A stretch of DNA of 64,000 bases. Origin: Chloroflexota bacterium (GTDB taxonomy: Bacteria; Chloroflexota; Chloroflexia; Chloroflexales; Herpetosiphonaceae). The translations under genes and the position numbers were made by a program. Below, piece after piece: positions 57,332-64,000 of this stretch. The DNA is taken from positions 171,024 through 235,023 of the forward strand of contig JAIUOC010000003.1 of assembly GCA_020161265.1 (NCBI GenBank). Reading direction: 5' to 3'. Within the stretch, counting starts at the first letter, position 1. Each line of letters begins with the position of its first letter. Below the pieces are notes generated by a model, which was not told where the DNA came from, did no database searches, and saw only the letters and a program-made list of their open reading frames with translations.

Positions 57332-59149
57332 GTGAGCATCCTTACGAGGTTGCGCCAACAAAAGCTCCTGCTGATGCTCCTACTCCTTGGGATCATTGGT
57401 GTGCTGATCACGCGATCATGGCCTGTCATCGGCGATCAATCGCCCCTCGCAGTCAGCACTGCAGGTGTGCCAGCCCCAACCAATCAGCTGATTACTGCGA
57501 CCAGCGTTACGCCACCCCAACGTGGAGCTAACGTGCCATGGCAAGAATATGAGGCTGAACATGGCACAGGCAAGGCCACAATCCTTGGCCCCAGCCGTGA
57601 GTTTGGTAGTTTGGCAGCAGAATCATCGGGTCGGCAAAGCGTTGAACTGAAACAAACTGGTCAGTATATTCAAATTACCACGACCGCAGCGGCAAATTCA
57701 ATCGTGATGCGCTACGCAATTCCCGATGCGCCCCAAGGCGGCGGCATTAGTGCTACGTTGAGTTTGTACATTGATGATGTATTTCGCCAAAAATTGCCGT
57801 TGACATCGCGCTTTGCGTGGGTGTATGGCGGAGCGACTGCCACCGATAATCATCCCGAATCGGGTGGTGGGCATGCCTTTTTCGATGAAGTACGGGCTTT
57901 GGTTGGCGAAATTCCCGCTGGTTCACGCTTGAAATTACAAAAAGATCCTGATGACCAGGCCGATTTTTATGTGATCGATCTGATTGATCTTGAGTTGGTT
58001 GGCCCTGCGCTTAAGCAACCAGCTAGTTTTATCTCGCTAACCGACGATTGTGGCGCGATTGCCGATGATCAACGTGATGATCGCGCTGCCTTCGAGGCCT
58101 GTATTGGTCAAGCTCAAGCTGCTGGCCAAGGGCTATGGATTCCTGCTGGAAATTTTGATTTGCTTTCGCCAGCCAGCCAGCGCATGGGCATGCCCGTCGC
58201 CGATCTAACGATTCGCGGGGCTGGCATGTGGTATTCGCAGTTGCGTGGGCCATGGGCTAGGTTTTATTGCACTGGTGATCGTTGTCGCTTTCACGATTTG
58301 GCGATTATTGGTGAAACCCAAACCCGCCAAGATTCCAACCCTGAAAATGCCTTCAACGGTGGTGCGGGCAAAGATTCGCTGTTGGAAAACGTGTGGGTTG
58401 AGCATACCAAAGTTGGCTGGTGGGTTGGCGAGGGCGACAAAAACGTTACCGATGGGTTGGTGATTCGCAACAGTCGTTTTCGCAACCTCTTTGCCGATGG
58501 GGTCAACCTATGCAACGGCAGCAGCAACTCAGTGGTTGAGAACTCACATTTTCGCAATACTGGCGACGATGCCTTGGCCTCGTGGTCGCCAGCCTTCGAA
58601 GGCGGCCTCAATACCAACAACATTTTTCGTTTCAACACCATTCAACTGCCATGGCGAGCTAATTGTTTGGCAGTCTATGGTGGTAAAGATATTCAAATCG
58701 AAGATAACCTTTGTGCCGATGTGGTGACCTACCCTGGGATTTTGATTGCCCAGCAATTCAAGTCGCATCCATTTTCAGGCACAATCCAAATCGAACGTAA
58801 TTCATTAATTCGGGCTGGTGGATCGATGTGGAATCAAGAGCATGGCGCATTCAAACTGCACGCTGCTGAGGGTGTAGTGCAAGGTGTCGTCGTCAATGAT
58901 TTGCTGATTGATAGCCCAACCTATGCTGGCATTCATTTGCAGGGTTCGGCCAAACTTCAGGCGATCACCCTGCACAATATTACCATCACTAATCCTGCTA
59001 CTGCTGGAATTTTGTTGAGCACCAGTGCTCAAGGGCATGCCGAGTTTAGCAATGTAACGGTGGTCAATCCAGGCCAAACTGGGCTGATTTCCAACCCATT
59101 GCCTGGGCAATTCACCCTCACCAAAGGTACAGGCAATCGTGGCTGGTAG
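57332..59149 (+). CDS. Membrane-anchored glycoside hydrolase, GH87-like (alpha-1,3-glucanase/mycodextranase-like) beta-helix
   Basis: GTG start 5 nt after GAGGAGGAA. N-terminal TM segment. Beta-helix repeats (NSRFRNLFADGVNLCNGSSNSVVENSHFRNTGDDALASWS) recalled as typical of the GH87/pectin-lyase fold. Confidence 0.5.
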   Translation: MSILTRLRQQKLLLMLLLLGIIGVLITRSWPVIGDQSPLAVSTAGVPAPTNQLITATSVTPPQRGANVPWQEYEAEHGTGKATILGPSREFGSLAAESSGRQSVELKQTGQYIQITTTAAANSIVMRYAIPDAPQGGGISATLSLYIDDVFRQKLPLTSRFAWVYGGATATDNHPESGGGHAFFDEVRALVGEIPAGSRLKLQKDPDDQADFYVIDLIDLELVGPALKQPASFISLTDDCGAIADDQRDDRAAFEACIGQAQAAGQGLWIPAGNFDLLSPASQRMGMPVADLTIRGAGMWYSQLRGPWARFYCTGDRCRFHDLAIIGETQTRQDSNPENAFNGGAGKDSLLENVWVEHTKVGWWVGEGDKNVTDGLVIRNSRFRNLFADGVNLCNGSSNSVVENSHFRNTGDDALASWSPAFEGGLNTNNIFRFNTIQLPWRANCLAVYGGKDIQIEDNLCADVVTYPGILIAQQFKSHPFSGTIQIERNSLIRAGGSMWNQEHGAFKLHAAEGVVQGVVVNDLLIDSPTYAGIHLQGSAKLQAITLHNITITNPATAGILLSTSAQGHAEFSNVTVVNPGQTGLISNPLPGQFTLTKGTGNRGW

Positions 59150-59263
59150 GCTCAATTTGAGCAATGTAGCAAACTTCCATTACAGGAAGTGGGGCAATGC
59201 TCCATTTCCTGTCCTATTTTTGAGAACAATTGGCCTTGCCAACCCTTTGAGGAGCACAGTGAT

Positions 59264-61630
59264 ATGCCTATTTTTTCGCAATCGTTAAGTGTGTTGCAAT
59301 CGTATGATCACGGTGCGCAAAGCTTGATACTTGATTATGGTGGCGCAAAAGTCGCCATCAGCATGCTGACTGAAACGATTATTCGGGTGCGATTGGCTCC
59401 TGATGGTCGTTTTGCCAAGCGCCGTTCGTGGGCGGTGGTTACGCCCGATCACGCTTTTACTCCGGTTGATACCACGCTCAGCGAAACCGAGCATGGTTTG
59501 GTGCTGCGCACTGCCAAGTTGATGCTGAAAATTGAGCGCAATACAGGTCGCATTGCTTTTTATAGCAGCGCCGATCAGCCGTTTGGTGGCGATGCTGAAG
59601 GATTCAGCTGGTCGTCACAACATAGTTCAATCACTTGCCGTAAGCAATTGCACCCCCAAGAATATTTCTATGGTTTTGGCGAACGCTCAGGCCAGCTCAA
59701 CCAGCGTGGTCTAACCCGCACCAACTGGACGACCGATCAGCATCGTTATGGGCCTGGTACCGATCCCTTGTATATTGCAATTCCTAGTTTTCTGGCGTTG
59801 CGCCAAGGCTTAACCTATGGGGTATTTTTGAATAATACGTGGCATAGCCGTTTTGATCTTGGGGTAGAAGACCCTGCAACTTGGAGCATGACGGTTGATG
59901 GCGGCGAGTTGGATTATTACCTTTGTTTTGGACCAACTCCCGCCGAAGTTTTACAGAGCTTTGGGCGTTTGCTTGGCACAACTCCCTTGCCACCACGCTG
60001 GGCGCTAGGCTACCATCAAAGCCGTTGGGGCTACAACTCGGCTGAGCAAATTCGCCAAATTGCCCAAGCATTTCGCCAACGCCAACTCCCCTGCGATGTC
60101 ATTCACCTTGATATTGACCATATGGATGGCTATCGCGATTTTACCTGGAATCCTGAGCGTTTCGCTGATCCGGCGGCAATGGTGCAGGATTTAGCTGAAC
60201 AACAGCTTCGTTTGGTCAATATCGTCGATCCTGGCGTTAAAATCGACCCTGAGTATGCAGTTTATCAATCGGGGTTAGAGCACGACAGTTTTATTCGGCG
60301 GGCCAATGGCGAGATTTTTCATGGCTATGTTTGGCCCGATGATTCAGTCTTCCCTGATTTTAGCCGCCCTGAGGTACGCGCTTGGTGGGCAACTATGCAA
60401 CGCCGCCTAATCGACATTGGTATCAGTGGCATTTGGAATGATATGAACGAGCCGACGGTCTTTACCATGCCATTTAGCCAAGGTGGCAGCACGCCTCAGC
60501 CAATTGAGCTTGAGGCAATTCAAGGCCCAGCCGCCGAGCGTACAACCCACGCCGAAATGCATAATCTGTATGCTTTGGGCATGGCTCAAGCAGCCTATGC
60601 TGGCATTCGCGAGGTTACAGACCAACGCCCATTTGTACTCACTCGCTCGGGCTATGCCGGAATTCAACGCTGGAGCGCTTGCTGGATGGGCGATAATGCC
60701 TCGCGCTGGGAACATTTGGAGCTGGCAATTTCGCAATTAGTTAATATGGGACTTTCGGGTGTGCCATTTGTTGGCACCGATGTTGGCGGCTTTTTTGATA
60801 ACGCCAGCCCTGAATTATTTGCTCGCTGGATGCAATTTGGCATTTTGATGCCCTTCTGTCGCGGCCACTCGCACACTGACACCGCGCCGCATGAGCCCTG
60901 GCAATTCGGTGCTGAAGTCGAGGCAATTTGTCGCAACTATTTGCAGTTGCGCTATCAATTATTGCCCTATTTGTACACGCTCTTTTGGCAAAGTTCGCAG
61001 GATGGTGCGCCAATTCTGCGGCCATTATTCTATGAGTTTCCCAATGATCCTGCTACCTATCAATTGCATGATCAGGTAATGCTTGGTTCGGCGCTCTTGG
61101 CAGCTCCGATCTATCAGCCTGGTAAAACCCAACGCCATGTCTATTTGCCAGCTGGCCAGTGGTACGATTGGTGGACGAACGAACTGATCGAAGGCCCAAC
61201 GCATGTCTTGGCGCAAGCACCGCTTGAGCGCATGCCATTATACGTTCGGGCTGGCACAATCTTGCCGCTTGGCTCGGCCAGCAGTCAACACACGGGCCAA
61301 GTCGCCGAGAGCCTAAGCTTAGAATGCTATCCTGGCAATGGTTCGTTTAGCCTATACGAAGACGATGGCTTAAGTTTCGCTTATCAACAAGGCCAATCGG
61401 CGGTGATTAATTATCAAATTAGCCGCGAGCACCAAACGCTGACGATTCGTAGTTCTTGGCGTGAGGGTGATTTCACGCCTGCCCCGCGTAATATCCAGCT
61501 GCGGATTCATGGCATCAGCGCCGCCAGTGCTGCTACGCTTGCTGGCGCAAACTATGATTCAGCCCAGCGGGTAGCCACCCTGAGCCTCGCAACCGATGAG
61601 CATTTGCATTTACAAATTCAGCTTGATTAA
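59264..61630 (+). CDS. Glycoside hydrolase family 31 alpha-glucosidase
   Basis: GIWNDMNEP catalytic nucleophile motif, an acid/base region and N-terminal beta-sandwich. RBS GAGGAG 9 nt upstream. Confidence 0.85.
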   Translation: MPIFSQSLSVLQSYDHGAQSLILDYGGAKVAISMLTETIIRVRLAPDGRFAKRRSWAVVTPDHAFTPVDTTLSETEHGLVLRTAKLMLKIERNTGRIAFYSSADQPFGGDAEGFSWSSQHSSITCRKQLHPQEYFYGFGERSGQLNQRGLTRTNWTTDQHRYGPGTDPLYIAIPSFLALRQGLTYGVFLNNTWHSRFDLGVEDPATWSMTVDGGELDYYLCFGPTPAEVLQSFGRLLGTTPLPPRWALGYHQSRWGYNSAEQIRQIAQAFRQRQLPCDVIHLDIDHMDGYRDFTWNPERFADPAAMVQDLAEQQLRLVNIVDPGVKIDPEYAVYQSGLEHDSFIRRANGEIFHGYVWPDDSVFPDFSRPEVRAWWATMQRRLIDIGISGIWNDMNEPTVFTMPFSQGGSTPQPIELEAIQGPAAERTTHAEMHNLYALGMAQAAYAGIREVTDQRPFVLTRSGYAGIQRWSACWMGDNASRWEHLELAISQLVNMGLSGVPFVGTDVGGFFDNASPELFARWMQFGILMPFCRGHSHTDTAPHEPWQFGAEVEAICRNYLQLRYQLLPYLYTLFWQSSQDGAPILRPLFYEFPNDPATYQLHDQVMLGSALLAAPIYQPGKTQRHVYLPAGQWYDWWTNELIEGPTHVLAQAPLERMPLYVRAGTILPLGSASSQHTGQVAESLSLECYPGNGSFSLYEDDGLSFAYQQGQSAVINYQISREHQTLTIRSSWREGDFTPAPRNIQLRIHGISAASAATLAGANYDSAQRVATLSLATDEHLHLQIQLD

Positions 61631-61632
61631 AT

Positions 61633-61674
61633 GAAAAAACCACGGTGCGAGCCAACCCAGCTTGCACCGTGGTT
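61633..61674 (-). terminator. Rho-independent terminator for the minus-strand ABC-2 operon (11-bp stem aaccacggtgc/gcaccgtggtt with T-tract on the minus strand)
   Basis: Read from the sequence; the A-tract 61633-61639 on the plus strand is the U-tract on the minus strand. Confidence 0.65.
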
Positions 61675-61688
61675 GGATAATTAATTAG

Positions 61689-62783
61689 CTAAAACCACCA
61701 GCCAATCCAAGCACCAAGGCCAAGCAAACTCAACGAGGTTACCGAAAGCATCGCCAAATCGCCCCAAGTTGGCCACCAACGGCGGCGTGGTTTGACCGCA
61801 TGCAGCGCCATCCAGAAGAACACCAAACATGCCATAATCAAAATAATTAATGTTGTGCGCCAAACCGAACGTGGTTCGGCAATAATTGGCATGCCATCAG
61901 GCCCAAATTGATCAGCTACCGGGTAAATTCCAATCGAAAAAGTTTGCCAGCCTGGGAAATTTAAGCCACCACTAAACGAATTCATTCCAGGCCACCAACC
62001 GCCGCCACCAGCCGCCATTGGTACAGCTTCAAATGCTCGCATGGTGGTAATCATCCCGCCATTGCTTGGCCCCGACAAGGTGCCAATGCTTGAGGCCAAG
62101 GCGCTGATTGGGTTGGGGGCTAAGAGGCCAGTTGGCACAGGATCGCTGGTGCGATTGGTCCAGATTTCAGCTCCGGACAAAAATCCACCTAACACCAAGC
62201 CAATAATCACGTAACTTACCACTGCTGCGCGTCCGGTTTTACCAGTCATGGCCGAGGCCCAAATGCCAAGCATGGCGCTGGTGATCGCGCTTAACACAAT
62301 AATCGCTGCTGCTTGTAACACATGGCGCAGCGTAATTCCACCAAATAAAAAGACGATACTGCCCAGTGGAATTGCCGCCAGCAACAAGAGCGCAATATAC
62401 GAAAGCGCTGAGATCAATTTGCCCCACAGCAAGCGATGTGATGGCAGATTTGTGGCGATCAACATTTCATAGGTTAGGCGTTCGCGCTCGCTGCTGATGG
62501 CTCCAACTGTGACTGCTGGGGCAATTAAAATGACCAAAAACAGCAACATAAAGGCTAAACCTGCAAACAAGGTTTGGCCAATTTGGGCGCTGAAGATCGG
62601 CATGCCCGTTGCTTGGCCGCTGGTTGCCCGCAAAAACAAGCCATAGCCAACCAAGCCTAAGCCCATCAAAAAGCCGGTGAGCAAGATAAACGCTCGGCCA
62701 CCGCGCATGCGCGAACGCAACTCTTTGACCACGATAGGGTTGGGTTGTAAGCTCCAACGACGGCTGATTGCACGATTGCTCAT
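61689..62783 (-). CDS. ABC-2-type exporter permease
   Basis: 6-7 TM helices with a Gly-rich extracytoplasmic loop. Translationally coupled (ATGA) to the upstream ATPase. Confidence 0.7.
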   Translation of the reverse strand: MSNRAISRRWSLQPNPIVVKELRSRMRGGRAFILLTGFLMGLGLVGYGLFLRATSGQATGMPIFSAQIGQTLFAGLAFMLLFLVILIAPAVTVGAISSERERLTYEMLIATNLPSHRLLWGKLISALSYIALLLLAAIPLGSIVFLFGGITLRHVLQAAAIIVLSAITSAMLGIWASAMTGKTGRAAVVSYVIIGLVLGGFLSGAEIWTNRTSDPVPTGLLAPNPISALASSIGTLSGPSNGGMITTMRAFEAVPMAAGGGGWWPGMNSFSGGLNFPGWQTFSIGIYPVADQFGPDGMPIIAEPRSVWRTTLIILIMACLVFFWMALHAVKPRRRWWPTWGDLAMLSVTSLSLLGLGAWIGWWF

Positions 62784-63733
62784 ACTCGTTCCTCCAGACC
62801 ATGGTTGTTGACAAGCTGCAAAAACAGCCGTTCCAGCGAATCGTCTTCACGATGAAAATCGGCAATTGGTAGCTCGGCCCGCGCTAGATTGAGCAATAAT
62901 TGTGACGCTTGCTGCTCGTCACCATCAAATTCCACTTCGATCAGCATTGGCGTGGCTTCGGCTGGTTCGAGCACCCGCAAAACGCCCGATTGCGCAGCAA
63001 TCAAGCGCATCGCCCGCTCAAGATCGTCGAGCATTTTAATTTGCAGGGCCGGACGGCTACGTTGCCGTAAGGTTTCAAGCGACCCTTGCGCCAGCAACTG
63101 CCCACGGGCCATAATGCCAAAATCGGTACAAATATCTTCAAGCTCATTCAAAATATGCGAACTAAGAATGATTGTCTTGCCCATATCGCGCAGGGTGCGC
63201 AGCAATTCGCGCAACTCAACCCGCGCTTGAGGGTCGAGGCCGCTGGCCGGTTCGTCGAGCAATAAAATTTTGGGGTCGTGCACCAAGGCATGGGCCAAAC
63301 ATAAACGTTGTTGCATGCCACGGCTCAGATGTTGCACAAACGCATTGCGCTTTTCGCTGAGATCAACCAAATCGAGCAGGCCATCGACCGTGCTTTTGCG
63401 CTTGGCTGGCTCAATGCCATGGCAGCGGGCATAAAAATCGAGATATTCCCAGACCCGCAGATCATCGTAAACCCCAAAGAAATCGGGCATATAGCCGACG
63501 ATTGCCGCTGCTGTGCTGGTTTTTTGAATTAGCTGGCCATGCAAAAACACCTGACCGCTGCTGGGCTCAAGCAAGCCTGCTAGCATGCGCAAGGTTGTGG
63601 TTTTGCCTGCCCCATTGGGGCCGAGAAACCCAAAAATGCTGCCAGGTGTGATATTTAAATTAAGCTTGTTGACAGCAGTGTATTTGCCATAACGCCGCAA
63701 CAGATCAACAGTTTGGATGGCTAATTCGCTCAT
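62780..63733 (-). CDS. ABC transporter ATP-binding protein
   Basis: Walker A GPNGAGKTT, signature LSRGMQQRL, Walker B ILLLDEP. Start MSELAIQTVDL with GGGAG 7 nt upstream. Confidence 0.9.
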   Translation of the reverse strand: MSELAIQTVDLLRRYGKYTAVNKLNLNITPGSIFGFLGPNGAGKTTTLRMLAGLLEPSSGQVFLHGQLIQKTSTAAAIVGYMPDFFGVYDDLRVWEYLDFYARCHGIEPAKRKSTVDGLLDLVDLSEKRNAFVQHLSRGMQQRLCLAHALVHDPKILLLDEPASGLDPQARVELRELLRTLRDMGKTIILSSHILNELEDICTDFGIMARGQLLAQGSLETLRQRSRPALQIKMLDDLERAMRLIAAQSGVLRVLEPAEATPMLIEVEFDGDEQQASQLLLNLARAELPIADFHREDDSLERLFLQLVNNHGLEERV

Positions 63734-64000
63734 TTGACAACTCCCGAAAGCACTGGCCCAACCGAGAAGCAACCCCACAACCCTGCCGTGGTATCAACCG
63801 TTGGATCGAGGGTATAGCGGGTGCGCAGGTTGCCTTGCTGCAAATAGGTGCTGGGGCTGGTGGTCAGATCAATCGCTCCATTTTTGAATTCAACGACATC
63901 CCATTGACTGGTTGTCCAGTTATACAATTCGTACGTTAATTTATTGGGCGTGACCATGCCACCATCAATCGTTGGTAAGAGCCGTAGCGATTGAGCTTCG
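63730..64000 (-). CDS. Hypothetical protein, 3' part (N-terminus beyond window end)
   Basis: The frame stays open from 64000 down to the stop at 63730. Overlaps the ATPase start by 4 bp. Confidence 0.4.
   Translation of the reverse strand, partial: EAQSLRLLPTIDGGMVTPNKLTYELYNWTTSQWDVVEFKNGAIDLTTSPSTYLQQGNLRTRYTLDPTVDTTAGLWGCFSVGPVLSGVVK

Noticed and set aside
57093-57335. 80-aa ORF upstream of the GH87-like gene
   Set aside because: It lies within the mosaic repeat region (catagag-type run), has no RBS and is low complexity.

Overview
This 64 kb window is a gene-dense bacterial chromosomal segment with about 50% GC (estimated by eye, not computed) and about 60 protein-coding genes on both strands. 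No rRNA, tRNA or CRISPR array was recognised. It is probably from a Chloroflexi-like organism: ~50% GC, a distinctive modular intergenic repeat family, and many bitopic membrane proteins with Thr/Pro-rich linkers. That assignment is an impression, not a database result. Housekeeping genes include cysK, lepA, tex, clpS/aat, GAPDH, a ROK glucokinase, an acyl-CoA synthetase and an MBL-fold RNase Z-like hydrolase. Accessory modules are: (i) an arsenate-resistance operon, (ii) a K+/H+ antiporter plus RCK-domain partner, (iii) a sugar-uptake ABC transporter with a LacI regulator, divergent from GH87-like and GH31 glycosidases, (iv) a TetR/DUF2236 pair with clear operator palindromes, and (v) an ABC-2 exporter. 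The arsenate operon encodes an ArsR HTH fused to an LMW-PTP-type ArsC reductase, followed by GAPDH and the MFS permease ArsJ, the 1-arseno-3-phosphoglycerate efflux route. The most striking gene is a 463-aa bacterial homologue of the eukaryotic major vault protein, at 31305-32696 on the minus strand. It has four vault repeats, a shoulder domain and a cap-helix coiled coil, with a mosaic repeat element on each side. Other unusual architectures are a membrane-tethered LuxR-HTH/transmembrane/Kelch-propeller one-component regulator, a subtilase with a C-terminal amicyanin-like blue-copper domain, and a SEC-C motif protein with a poly-Asp tail. There are also tandem paralogous lipoproteins next to an HExxH metallopeptidase lipoprotein and an orphan histidine kinase. 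A pervasive family of mosaic intergenic repeats is present, including a 17-copy gggatga microsatellite and 9-10 bp-periodic cttcgtg triplets, plus a twin-hairpin REP-like element in two copies.
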